Shown: in pieces, positions 1 through 11,002 of the stretch
Layout of the letters: every line of letters begins with the position of its first letter
How positions within the stretch are numbered: position 1 is the stretch's first letter
From: an uncultured delta proteobacterium
GTDB taxonomy: Bacteria > Myxococcota > Myxococcia > Myxococcales > Myxococcaceae
Assembly (NCBI GenBank): GCA_963771175.1
Contig: CAVYSY010000047.1
Coordinates: 1 to 64,000, forward strand
DNA: 64,000 nt
Direction: 5' to 3'
Position numbers and translations under genes: made by a program
The notes under the pieces: generated by a model
The model's database searches: none
The model's input: only the letters and a program-made list of their open reading frames with translations
What the model was told of the DNA's origin: nothing

Positions 1-458
1 GTCCATCGGACACGACCAGTACCCGGCCCGTGCGGCCTGGGACGAGGGCCCCCGCCGAGTCCAACGCCGCCGACAGGTCCGACGCCTCGGCGTCCACCGG
101 CCGGGTGAAGCCACCGAAGCGCCCCGCCTCGGAGAGTGGCTGCTCCACCCGGGCCTCGCGCCCGAAGGAGATGACCCCCACCCGGTCCCCGGGCCGCCGC
201 TGCGACTCCAGCAGGCCCACCAGCTCCCGAGGCCACCCGTCCCGCGTCCCCCGGCATGGAGCGCGAGCGGTCCACCACCACCACCACGTCACTGCCCGCG
301 TGGCTGAGCACCAGCTCGGGGCCGGCGAGCGCGCCCACCACGAGCAGCAGCAGCGCCCAGCGCAGGGCCATGGGAGGACCAGGGCGCTGGCCCCGCTTCC
401 ACAGGAAGAGGCCCAACGGAACGAGGAGCACCAGCGCCTGCGGCAGGGAGAAGCTCAT
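1..458 (-). CDS. VWA-domain membrane protein, N-terminal part (runs off the window edge); likely distal gene of the MoxR operon
   Basis: Own minus-strand translation from ATG at 458: MSFSLPQALVLLVPLGLFLWKRGQRPGPPMALRWALLLLVVGALAGPELVLSHAGSDVVVVVDRSRSMPG. Two hydrophobic segments, then a MIDAS-like DxSxS motif. Not in the supplied ORF track. Confidence 0.75.
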   Translation of the reverse strand, partial: MSFSLPQALVLLVPLGLFLWKRGQRPGPPMALRWALLLLVVGALAGPELVLSHAGSDVVVVVDRSRSMPGDAGRVASGAGGPAGVAAAARGPGGGHLLRARGPGGAATLRGGALRWLHPAGGRRGVGPVGGVGLGGGPRPRPHGPGTGRVRW

Positions 459-544
459 TCGTGGAGAAACCGGGCTCTCTCGGAGAGGTTCACCCCTCTA
501 CGCCACCTACCCGGGTAGGGCCGTGAAAGGGGGCGCGGGGCAAG

Positions 545-800
545 GGTGGCGGCGCGCCTCAGGCCCGCGGGACAAGCTCCCGGTAGATGGGGTTGGCGAT
601 TTCCAGTCCGCCCCCTGGATGAAACTGCAGGTCATCCTCGGACGCAAACCCCAGGACAGGCCGGCCGAGCTCATCGGCTCCAGGATGCGCCGCACCCAAG
701 GCTCGCGCAGGCGCTCGGTTGGGCGGTGTCCGGGACGAACTCCTCAACGGTCACTTGGCCAGCTTGAGCACCTCCCAGGCGGTCAGACGCCGCTCACTGC
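545..800 (-). pseudogene. Degenerate, internally deleted copy of the AAA-ATPase gene at 2741-4292
   Basis: Fragments ERLREPWVRRILEPM, EDDLQF and GGLEIANPIYRELVPRA* match the full copy. The DNA matches about 3250-3545 and 2727-2750 in separate blocks. Confidence 0.8.
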
Positions 801-907
801 GAGACAGCGCCCCGGGTCCGAGGTCCCATGTGGAACGGAGGGAGGGAGAGCTAGCTTCCGAGCCATTGATTCGGACGAGGAGCTCGCATGCCCGACGTCA
901 CGCCCAG

Positions 908-2711
908 ATGACGCCAGCTTTCCGCCTCGGGATTCCTTCCTGCTCCCGCCAGGTCGCGCTTCTCGCCCTGCTCGTGGCCGTCACCGCCTCCGCCCAGCAG
1001 CCGTCCCCCGCCAGACCTCCCTCCCAGCCTTCCTCCGGGGGAAACCTCGCCGCCTTCGAGGCCGCCTTGAAGGCAGACCATTTCAAGGTCCAGGGAGGAG
1101 GACGCTTCTTCCATCCACCCATCCTCGAATGGGGCTGGCGACGGTACGCTGCCGTCCTGCAACGGCCAGAACGCCGGAAACACCCCCTACCTCGCGGCGG
1201 GCTTCCCAGGTGGCCCGGGGGAGACACCTCCCTCGGATCGACTCGACGCCGATCGGCTGAAATTCCAGATGCGTCCGGATGAGGCCCTGGTGGTGATTGG
1301 CACCACCCCCCCTCAGATGGGACTACTTCAGCTTCCGGAGCTACATCATGTTCCGCTGGGTGGAATCCGAAGGCGTCCGCCGCAAGGTGTTCGTGAGCCT
1401 GGGGGATCCCCACAACATGCTCACCCTCAAGAACGCCGGGGACTCAGAGGGGGGCTAAGCTTCAACCAGCCCTACGTCATCATCATCGCCGCGGACCAGG
1501 GCACGGAGGCCCGCGTCCGCGCGGCACTGCACCAGGCCGGCTATCCGGACGACATCATCAACACCGACGTCATTCCACCAAGCATCGCCAGGCTGGGCCT
1601 GGATCCGATGAAGGACGACGAGTTCGTCTTCTTCGTGCGTATGGCGTACAGCGCCAACAAGGACGCGGTCGACCGCTACCTGGCCCATCCCCCGGCGGAG
1701 TTGCTGCGGATCACGCCCGAGCCCGCCGTTCCCGCGGCCCGGTTGCACCCGCTGCCCGTGGAAAGGCTGCGACCGCGCGGCACCGGGCGGACGAACTCTG
1801 GAGCTGCTCCCCGAGGTGGAGCAGCTACGCCAGGCCATTCTGGCGAAGTACCGTGGGATGGCCGCGGACGAGCTCACGCCCACGGTGTGGCTGCAGGAGA
1901 GCTTCCCGGCGCTCCAGGCGGACGAAGATGTGATTGGCGAGGGCCGGGACGCGCTCTACCTGCGCAACGCGGGCACGTTCTCCCTGGCGGACGACGAGTT
2001 CCTGGTCCTCTACGGCGTGAACCACCAGGCCACGGGCAAGGCCACGTACTCCAACTTCTCCATCTACGATTCCTGCAAGGCTTGTGGTGTCACAGCGGAG
2101 AACAACGCCACCTTCGCCGGCAGCGCGCGCTCCTACTTCACCCCGGCGCAGCAGCCACCCCACGTGGACCAGCTCTATGCCTGGAGGGTGGCGCGCAAGC
2201 CCCTGCACGACAAGGACCCGAAACACAGCACATTGCTACCCACAGGCCCCTGTCCAGGCGCGGTGGCCATCGGTAACCAGCTCTTCGTGGGCTTCCGCTC
2301 CTACGTGGAGCCCGCGACGGCGATCGGCCCCGACCCCGCCGAAATCCTTTTCGACCGCGTCATCAAGTTCAGCCCCAACGCCCCCGTCCTCAGCGACATC
2401 AAGTTCTCCACGGGCCAGGTGGCGGACTCGCCCTTTCCCCTCGCGCAGGTCAGGCCCGGCACTCGGTGAAGGTCAACTTCAAGATCCATAGCCCCGACAA
2501 GCAGGACGTCACCTGGACCGCCACCTTCAAGACATACGACGGTTGCGGCGAGGCGCACCCCGCCACGGGCGTGGTGCATGGCAGTGGCACCGCTTCGTTC
2601 GTCCTCACGGCCCCCAGTAGCCAGAAGACCATACTCAACCTCTGGCTGAATGCCACGGACGCCAAGGGACGGAGGGCCAAGGTGCGTGCATTCCAGGTGA
2701 GCTACGAGTGA
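908..2711 (+). CDS. Secreted hypothetical protein (several frameshifts)
   Basis: Signal-peptide-like VALLALLVAVTASA|QQ. Protein-like sequence continues across ORFs 719..1282, 1269..2276, 1816..2469 and 2466..2711 (RPDEALVVIGTTPP; YGVNHQATGKATYSN; FRSYVEPATAIGPD). Confidence 0.7.
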
Positions 2712-2740
2712 CTCGATCACCACCACGGTGGCGGCGCGCC

Positions 2741-4292
2741 TCAAGCCCGCCGGACGGTGACGCGGCGGCCGCGCGGCGTCATCGCCTCCAGGGTGGCGTG
2801 GGTCCGCTTTCGGCAATAGGTGGCTGCTCACTTCTCCGGTCGAAGATGTCACCAGCCAGCCGCTCTCGAGCCCCAGGCCCGCCAGGTATCCATCTAGCTG
2901 TGCCAGTCCTTCGTCGAGCGGGTCCTTGCTTCCGTCGCGCCACACCTTGGCGCTCCAGGGCCAGCGTGTCCGGCCCGTAGCGCAGGCATACGTCCATGCG
3001 CCCGGTGCCAATGGCGTACTCGCGCTCCAGCGTGCCGCCCCCGTTGGCCACCCGGTGCAGGAAGGCCATGAGCACCAGATGCGGGGCAATCTCGTGATAG
3101 GGCGCGGTGCCGAGCAACGGCTGACCGTGCTGGCGCCAGAAGGCGAGGAATGCCTCCATGAGCCGCCCGGTATCCAGACGGCCATCGGCGCGCAGCCAGG
3201 TGGCGGGCAGCCGGGGCAGGGACGCCACCGCCGTGTACGACAGGGTCCGGGGGACAATCTCCCGGTAGATGGGGTTGGCGATTTCAGTCCGCCCGTTGCC
3301 GCCATGCGCACCAGAGCCGAGGTCGTGGACGAAGCGGAGATCATCCTCGGGCACTTCCCCCAAGGACGTCCCGGCGAGCATCGGCTCCAGGATGCGCCGC
3401 ACCCGGGCTCGCGCAGGCGCTCGGCCAGGCTGTCCAGGTGGGTCTCCCGGCGCTCGATGAGCAGCCGCCTGGCGCGCTCGATGTGCTCGCGGTGATGGGC
3501 TGGGCGGCGTCCGGGACGAGATCCTCGACCACCTTGGCCAGGGCGTTGACGAGCCAGGGCTGGCCCTGGGTGAGCTCGCAGGCGACGGCGAGCGCCTCGG
3601 GCTCGAAGCGCTGGCCCGTGTCGGCGGTGTGCTGCGCGTAGAGCTCGGCGACCTCTCGGCGGTGAAGTCGCGCAGAGTGAGCGACTCCACCTTGATGTTG
3701 AACGGGCTGGCGGTGCCCAGGTGGTCGCGCTCGCCGGAGCCACCTTGTAGTCGCGCACGTCCCGCAGCCCGAAGAGGACCAGCGACCAGGGGAAGTGCTC
3801 GGGGCGGTTGCGGTAGCCGGTGCGCAGCTGGCGCAGCACGGACACCAGCACGCCGTCGCGGAGCGCGTCGATCTCATCCAGGAAGACGACGAGCGGACGG
3901 GGAGAGGAGCTCGGCCCAGGCCGTGAGGGCGGAGCCGATACGGCTGCCCGCGGGCGCCTCCGGGAAGGGGGGCGGTTGCAGCTCGGGCGGGAGCTGGGCC
4001 GGCCGCGTGGCGCCAATCTCGAGCATCGCGCAGTTCGGCGGCGCCGATGTCGTGGGGGAAGGCGGCACCCACCTCCATCGAGACGAGCGCGGAGACGTAC
4101 CGCCCCTCGGCGGTCAGATCCCGGGCGAGCGCGAGCAGGGCCGTCGTCTTGCCCACCTGCCGGGGGGCGTGCACGACGAAGTACCCCTTCTGGTCGATGA
4201 GCCGGCGCACCTCGGGCAGGCGCCGCATGGCCGGCAGCATGTAGTGGTGCGGCCGGCTTGCACGGACCGGCGGTGTTGAACCAGCGAGGCAT
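2741..4292 (-). CDS. AAA-like ATP-binding protein with a C-terminal PD-(D/E)XK-like domain (frameshifted)
   Basis: MPRWFNTAGPC start; Walker A HAPRQVGKTT; Walker B VVFLDEID; C-terminal REYAIGTGRMDVCL...(E)xKVWR...GLAQLDGYLAGLG. Confidence 0.85.
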
Positions 4293-4375
4293 GGAGTGAA
4301 GGTGAGCACTCGCGTCACGCCCTGGCCCCATCTTCATCGGCACACCTCCCTTGTGCTTTCCTCGGCGGTGCGTCC

Positions 4376-5230
4376 ATGAACCCCCTCCCCTTCGCCACGC
4401 CCCCCTCCCGCCCCACGGACTTCCGGCAAGCGCTCTACGCCGGGGCCGTCTTCAAGCTGGCCCCGAGCGAGGCATCGGTGCGGCTGGCGCGCGAGGTCTT
4501 CGAGCTGCTCGCGGAGACCTTCCGGGACGTGGGAGACCCGCGCGAGGCGCAGTTCCGGCTACCGGCGGCGGAGCACCTCGAGCGCCTGGGGCGCGTGCGC
4601 CAGTGCTGACCGGGGAGGCGCGCTTCCTCGCGGGCGCTCGCGCGGTGCTGGCGGCGGCGGGACAGGCGCCGGACGAGTACGCCCTCGACAAGCCGCGGCT
4701 CCGCGGCGTCCTGCACCGGGGGCATGAGATTGAAGCGGCCGCGCCCGTCTACTTCGCCCACCGCGACACCTGGTACGCCAATCCTCGGGCACAGCTCAAC
4801 TGGTGGCTCGCGCTCCACGACGGCACCGAGGAGGAGACGTTCACCTTCTTCCCCGAGGCCTTCGACCAGCCGGTGCCCAACTCCTCCTCCACCTTCGACT
4901 ACCAGACGTGGCGCACCCAGGCGGGGTGGCAGAACCCGAAGCGGGCGGCGAGCGCCGCGTACCCCACGTCCCTCGTCCCACTCGACGGGCTCCAGGAGCG
5001 GGGTTTCGCGTGCCGGACGGGCGAGGTGCTCGTCTTCTCCGCGGCGCACCTGCACCGCACGCGACCACACGCCTCGGGGCGCACACGCTTCCAGCGTCGA
5101 CTTCCGCTCCGTCCACCTCGAGGATCACCGCCAGGGTCTCGGTGCTCCCGACGTGGACAACCGCTCGACCGGCTCGACGCTCGAGGAGTACGTCCACCCC
5201 GCGGCGGCTCCCGCCGGAGGCGCATCCTGA
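4376..5230 (+). CDS. Putative Fe(II)/2-oxoglutarate-dependent dioxygenase (PhyH-like fold), two frameshifts
   Basis: Rebuilt protein has HxD (AHRDTWY), LNWWLAL, a distal His (VLVFSAAHLHRT) and RxS (TRFSVDFR), i.e. the facial triad and 2OG-binding signature. Confidence 0.7.
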
Positions 5231-8200
5231 GCCCGCCCACCGGTACCTTCTGGGAGCACTTCCGAGCCGTCGCCGCCGCGCATCCCCACCGGGTGGCGCT
5301 GGAGTCGGAGGGCAGTCGCCTCACCTACGCGGAGCTGCTCCAGCGGGCCACCGCGCTCGGGGCGCACCTGCGGCGGCTCGGGGCGGGACCCGAGTGCATC
5401 GTCGGGTTGTTCCTCGAGAAGTCCCCGAGTACGTCATCGCCCTGCTGGGTGTGTGGGCCGCGGGAGCGGCGTTCGTGCCGTTGGAGCCCACGCTGCCCAC
5501 CGCGCGGATTGACTTCATGGCGCGCGACTCGCCGGGCTCGGGCTGGTGGTGGCGCGGCGGGGTGCGGAGCCCCGGCTGGAAGGAGTGGAGGCCCGCGTCG
5601 TGCGGCTCGAGGACGTGCCGGAGAGCGCTCCGACCGGCGAGACTCCGAGCGGGTCCTCGCACCCCGAGGACCTCGCCTACGTCATCTACACCTCCGGCAC
5701 CACGGGTACACCCAAGGGCGTGCTGGTACTGCACCGGGGCTCGTCAACCTGCTGCTCGCGCAGATCGAAGCCTTCGCGCTCGACGAGACGAGCCGCGCCA
5801 TCCTCTACCTGTCGACGAGCTTCGACGCGTCGCTGTCCGACATCGGCACGGCGCTCTGTCCGGCGCGACGCTCTGCCTGCCACCCGCGCACGCGCTCCAG
5901 CCCGGGCCGGGACTCGTGGCGCTGCTCAACGGGTGGCGCATCACGCACGCGGACCTGCCCCCCTCGCTCCGCGGATGTTCGAGCCGGAGGCCCTGGCCGC
6001 CACCCTGCGGGTCCTCGTCATCGGCGGAGAGCCCTGTCCTCCCGAGGTGGTCCGGCGCTGGGCACGGCACCTGCGCGTGGTGAACGTCTACGGCCCCACC
6101 GAGGCCACCATCTGCACCAGCCTCTGCGCGTGCGATCCGGAGACGTGGACGCGCCCGCTGCTCGGTCAGCCCATTCCCAACATGTCCTGGCATGTGCTCG
6201 ATGCGCGAGGCGAGCCCGTGCCACCGGGCACTCCCGGGGAGCTGTACCTCGGAGGCGTGGGGCTGGCGCGCGCGGACGTCGAACCGCCCCGAGCTCACCG
6301 CGGCCCGCTTCGTCGAGCGGGGCGGCGAGCGCCTCTACCGCACGAGCGACCGTGTGGTGGAGCACCCGAACGGGGAGCTGGAATTCCTCGGCCGCGTGGA
6401 TCGCCAGCTCAAGCTCCGGGGCCTGCTCATCGAGCCGGAGGAGGTGGAGGCGCACCTGCTGCGCCATCCAGGTATCCAAGACGTGGCGGTCCTCAAGCGC
6501 CCGCTCGTCCCGGACGGGGAGAAGGCGCGCGCCGTGCTGGTGGCGTTCGTCGTGCCCCGCCTCCCCGGGGAGACTCCCGCGCCGGACGCGCTGCGCGCGC
6601 ACCTGTCGGGCGTGCTGCCCCGGTGGATGCTACCGCAGCGCTTCGAGCCGCTGGAGCGCCTGCCCCGCACCGTGACGGGGAAGGTGGACTTCGAGGTGCT
6701 CTCGCGCCTGCCACTCTCGGCCCGGCGGGAGGCGGACGGAGTGGTCCCTCCCGCCACCGGGCCGGAGCGGCTGCTGTGTGAGCTCTGGGAGGATGTGCTG
6801 GGCGTGGCACCCGTGGGTGTGACGGACGACTTCTTCGGGCTCGGCGGGGACTCGCTCGGGGTGCTTCAGGTCGTCGCGGCGGCCGAGGCGCTCGGGACTC
6901 CCCCTCCGTCCAGCCGCGCTGCTCGCGCACCCGACCATCTCCGAGCTGCTGGCCCACATGGGAGCCGGAGGACCGGAGCAGCCGTCCACGGACGGAGGCA
7001 TGAGCGCGGACGAACTGCGCGCGGACGTCGCACTGGGGCCCGGTTGGGAGGCCCTCCTGCACACCGCCCGCGAGCGGCCAGCGGCACCTCCTGGTGGAGA
7101 CCTGCTGCTCACGGGAGCCACGGGGTTCTTCGGCTCGCGGCTGCTGCACGAGCTGCTCCGGCGCACCAAGGCCCGGGTGCTCTGTCTCGTGCGGGCCCGG
7201 GATGACCAGGAAGCCCGGAAGCGCCTGCTGGGCGCACTCGAGGCACAAGGCACGCCGCCCTCGCGGGAGGAGGCCGCGCGTCTGGTAGCGCTCCGGGGAG
7301 ACCTGGCACGCCCGCGCTGGGGGCTCGACGAGCTCGAGTGGGAGCGGCTCACTCGCGAGGTCGGCCACATCTACCACTGCGCGGCCCACGTCAACATGGT
7401 GCTCCCGTACCACGCGCTGCGCGAGGCGAACGTCGGAGGCACCGAGCAGGTGCTGCGCCTGCAGGCGGAAGGGGCGCGCAAGTCGCTGCACCACATCTCC
7501 ACCCTGTCGGTGTTCGTGTCGACGGACAGGAATACCGGGCACCTGGAGGAGACGGACGCACTGGAGGGCCCCCAGCGCATCTTCGGCGGGTACGCGCAGA
7601 GCAAGTGGGCGGCCGAGGCGCTCCTGCGCTCCGCTCGGGGCGAGGCGGGGCCCATCACGTACTACCGGCTGGGCCTCATCACGGGCGACACGCGCACGGG
7701 GCGCGCCTCCGCGAGCGACTTCCTGTCCCTGTTCTTCCGAGGAGTGGCCTCGCTCGGCTGCATCCCGCGCGGTGCGGACGAGGGGCTCGCGGTCGACATC
7801 ACCCCCGTGGACTACGCCGCCGCGGCGGTGGCCCACCTGTCCCTGCATGCGGCCCCGGCGGAGGGCTCGTCCACCTTCCACCTCGCCAATCCCCGGCCAT
7901 TGTCGCTGCCCGTGCTGGTGGACGCCCTGCGCTCCTTTGGAATCCCCCTCACCACCGTCTCCGAGGAGGAGTGGCGGGCCCGGCTCGCCGCGCTCGCACG
8001 GGAGGAGGTGGGCTCATCCGAGGCCGCCGCGTACCTGGCGCTCTGCCGGGGCCTGTCCGGGGGCGCCTTCGAGCGACACCGGACGATGGATCTCTTCCAG
8101 GCGACGGGGGCGGAATTCGGCATGGAGCACGCGCGCGCGGGGCTGGAGGGCTCGGGGCTCTCGTGCCCACCGGTCACCGAGGCGCTGCTGCACACCTATC

Positions 8201-8241
8201 TTGGGTATACGTTCGCGCGGGAAGCAGAGGGCACAGCATGA
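5227..8241 (+). CDS. Stand-alone NRPS-like enzyme: adenylation, thiolation and terminal reductase domains (A-T-R), frameshifted
   Basis: A motifs LTYAEL, YVIYTSGTTGTPKG, FDAS, NVYGPTE, GELYLGG, GRVDRQLKLRG, LPRTVTGKVD. T motif FFGLGGDSL. R motifs LLTGATGFFG and GYAQSKW. The start is CTG at 5227, overlapping the upstream TGA, with GGAGG 6 nt upstream. Confidence 0.92.
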
Positions 8242-9285
8242 GCACGAGGAGCATTCGAGGGGCGAGCAGCGTGCGCCAGGGGACGGGCATGGTGCTCGGG
8301 AAGTTCATGCCGCCGCATCTCGGGCACGTCTTCCTGGTGGAGTTCGCGCGCGAGTACGTGGCGGACCTCACGGTGGTGGTGGGCACGCTGAAGGCCGAGC
8401 CCATTCCCGGAGAGCTGCGCCACGGGTGGATGCGCGAGCTCTTCCCGGACACGCGGGTGGTGCACCTGACGGACGAGAACCCGCAGTACCCCCACGAGCA
8501 CCCCCAGTTCTGGGACATCTGGCGAGACAGCCTGCAGCGGGTGCTGCCGGGGCGGCCGGACTACGTGTTCGCCTCCGAGGAGTACGGCGCGAAGCTGGCC
8601 GAGGTGTTGGGGGCCGAGTTCATCCCGGTGGACATCGCGCGGGGGGCGGTGCCGGTGAGTGGCACGGCAATCCGGAATGACCCGTGGAAACACTGGGACT
8701 ATCTGCCGAGGTGCGTGCGGCCCTACTTCGCTCGGCGAGTGTGCGTCTTCGGCCCGGAGTCGACGGGGAAGACGACGCTGTCGAAGCAACTGGCGGAGCA
8801 CTTCAAGACGGTGATGGTGCCGGAGTACGCCCGACTGCTGCTGGAGCCGCGGGGAGGCAAGGTGGAGCTGGCGGACATGCCGCGCATCGCACGGGGGCAG
8901 GCGGCGGCGGAGGACGCGCTGGCGCGGAGCGCGAACCGGGTCCTCATCTGCGACACCGACGTGCTGGAAACGAGCATCTGGAGCGAGGTGCTCTTCGGCG
9001 AGTGCCCGGCGCCCATCCTCCAGGAGGCGGAGCGCCGTGACTACGACCTCTACCTGCTGACGGACGTGGATGTGCCGTGGGTGGCGGACCCGGTGCGCTA
9101 CCTGCCGGACGAACGCACCTCGTTCCTCGAAGAGCCGCGAGAACGCCCTGCGCTCGCGGGGCCGACGCTACGTGAAGCTGAGCGGCTCGTGGGACGAGCG
9201 CTTCAAGAAGGCGCGAGCGGCGGTGGAGTCGCTCCTCGTGCCCGAAGGCGGAGAGTTGCTCACTTCGCTTCCGCGCGCCGGGTGA
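8238..9285 (+). CDS. nadR: NadR-like bifunctional NMN adenylyltransferase / ribosylnicotinamide kinase (no HTH), one frameshift near 9130
   Basis: GKFMPPHLGH (HxGH), VSGTAIR, Walker A GPESTGKTT, PEYAR, ICDTD, DVPWVADPVR. ATGA overlap with the NRPS stop codon. Confidence 0.88.
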
Positions 9286-10993
9286 GGGAGAAGTCCGCGA
9301 GCAGCGCCGCCAGCAGCACCAGCAGGGGCCAGCGCGCCCGGCCGGAAGAGGACTCGCCCCCATCGTCATCGCCCTCGGCTTCAGCGGGCCTGTCGCCCTC
9401 GCCACGCCCGCGCAGGTCCGACTCGCGGGCATCCAGCGCGAGCACCTCCACCGCATCCACCGGCTCGCCGTCCCGCTCCAGCACGTAGCGGCCGGGCAGC
9501 GCAGGCGGGGGCAGGCTCAAGGCGCCCGCGCCGAAGAGGGGGCGGTTCCCCTCGGGTCCCGCCAGCGTGTAGCGAGCGCCCGCCACCGTCACCAACGACA
9601 GGGGCTCGCCGAGGGAGAGCTGCCGCCGGGGGAAGCCCTCCTGGGCGCGCCGAGCCTCGCGCAGCAGGTTGCCCAGCAGCACCGGCCACGCGGCCGTGCG
9701 CTGCACGTTGGAGCGCGCGAGGTCCACGTTGAGGTGGACGCGGCCCTCCTCCTCGGAGAGGAGCACTACGGTGCCCGCCGTCACCAGGGGCCGACCCGGG
9801 GGAGCCTCGCTGCCGGCCGCCCAGCGCACGCCGCCCAGTTGCACATCATCCAGCAACGGGTGGCCCTTCTCCGCGAAGAAGGGGCCCACGAAGGTGCGCA
9901 CCGTGCCGCCCGCGCCCACCGTCACCCGCGCGTCCGTCCCCCGAGGGCCGAGCACGACGGCTCCCTCGCCGGGACCCTGCTCCACCTCGGGGGCCACCGC
10001 GAGGAAGCGCTCCAGCGCCGAGCGCGCCTGCGCATCCAGCCCCTCGGCCAGCGCCACGCGCACCCGACGCTCCGGGGCGGGCGGGAGGCGGGCCTCGCCG
10101 TCCTCGGGCAGCGCGTCCGGGGGCAGGGACACCTCCACGTCCCCGGCGTTCTCGAAGGTGAGGCGCAGCGTGGCCGCGCCCGCCTCGGGCAGCCGCATGC
10201 GCTCGCGCCGCTCGGTGCCCTCCTTCGCGCCAGGGCCGGGCCGGGCCACCACGCTCACCTGCGTCTCCTCCGGCCCCGCGCCAAAGCGCGCCAACCGCAG
10301 CGTCACCGTGGCCGTGGAGCCCTCGTCGCGGCGCCACGCGGACACCAGCGCCACGTTGTCCCGAGGCGCGCCCAGGGCCGTCCACCGCACCGCCGGGGGC
10401 ACGGCCGCGCCCTGCGCGGGCATGGCATCGGTGAGGAAGTGCACCCGCCTGCCCGGACCCGCCAGTTCCTGCGCCCACAGCAGCGTGGGCGCCACGTCGT
10501 GGTCCGCTCCGAGCGCGCGGAAGGACTCCAGCGCGGCCAGGGCCCGCGAGGGCTCCGCCTCGGGCCCGGCCAGGACACGCGGCACCGTGCCGCTGGCCAA
10601 CACCGTCACCTGCGTGGCCTTCTCCTCCTCCACACGCCGGGCAGCCTCGGCGCGCACCTTCTCCAGTACGGGGCGCCCGTCGGGCCCGCGCGCGGACAGC
10701 GAGAGGCTGCCGTCCACCACCAGCACCAGGTGCCGCGCCCGCGCCGCCTCGCCGAAGCGCACATCCGCGAGGAAGAGGGCCGCGGCCACCACCGCGAGCG
10801 CCTCCAGCAGCAGCGAGGCCTCGCGGGTGAAGCGCTCGAAGCGGGGGCCGGCCTCGGCGCGAGGGCGGGGCGTGCGCCAGAGGAAGAGGGCGCTCACCAC
10901 CACCGGATTCTGCTTGCGCCGGAGGAAGTACGCCGCCACCAGCGGCACCAGTGCGCCAAGCGCCAGCAGACCCCAGGGAAAGCCGAAGCTCAT
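9260..10993 (-). CDS. BatA-like N-terminal / VWA-domain membrane protein
   Basis: MSFGFPWGLLALGALVPLVAAYFLRRK...VVSALFLWR (BatA-type N-terminus), LVVDGSLSLS MIDAS-like motif, C-terminal TM helix; intact 577-aa ORF. Confidence 0.88.
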   Translation of the reverse strand: MSFGFPWGLLALGALVPLVAAYFLRRKQNPVVVSALFLWRTPRPRAEAGPRFERFTREASLLLEALAVVAAALFLADVRFGEAARARHLVLVVDGSLSLSARGPDGRPVLEKVRAEAARRVEEEKATQVTVLASGTVPRVLAGPEAEPSRALAALESFRALGADHDVAPTLLWAQELAGPGRRVHFLTDAMPAQGAAVPPAVRWTALGAPRDNVALVSAWRRDEGSTATVTLRLARFGAGPEETQVSVVARPGPGAKEGTERRERMRLPEAGAATLRLTFENAGDVEVSLPPDALPEDGEARLPPAPERRVRVALAEGLDAQARSALERFLAVAPEVEQGPGEGAVVLGPRGTDARVTVGAGGTVRTFVGPFFAEKGHPLLDDVQLGGVRWAAGSEAPPGRPLVTAGTVVLLSEEEGRVHLNVDLARSNVQRTAAWPVLLGNLLREARRAQEGFPRRQLSLGEPLSLVTVAGARYTLAGPEGNRPLFGAGALSLPPPALPGRYVLERDGEPVDAVEVLALDARESDLRGRGEGDRPAEAEGDDDGGESSSGRARWPLLVLLAALLADFSLTRRAEAK

Positions 10994-11002
10994 GCCGCCC
11001 CC

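Noticed and set aside
4600..9140. Programmed frameshifting or phase variation in the NRPS operon
   Set aside because: The indels are numerous, not at consistent slippery or homopolymer sites, and equally common in neighbouring conserved genes.
7338..9488. Apparent 716-aa ORF suggesting an NRPS-NadR fusion
   Set aside because: The first 300 aa are out-of-frame overlap with the reductase domain. NadR has its own ATG at 8238, and the tail is a frameshift artefact.
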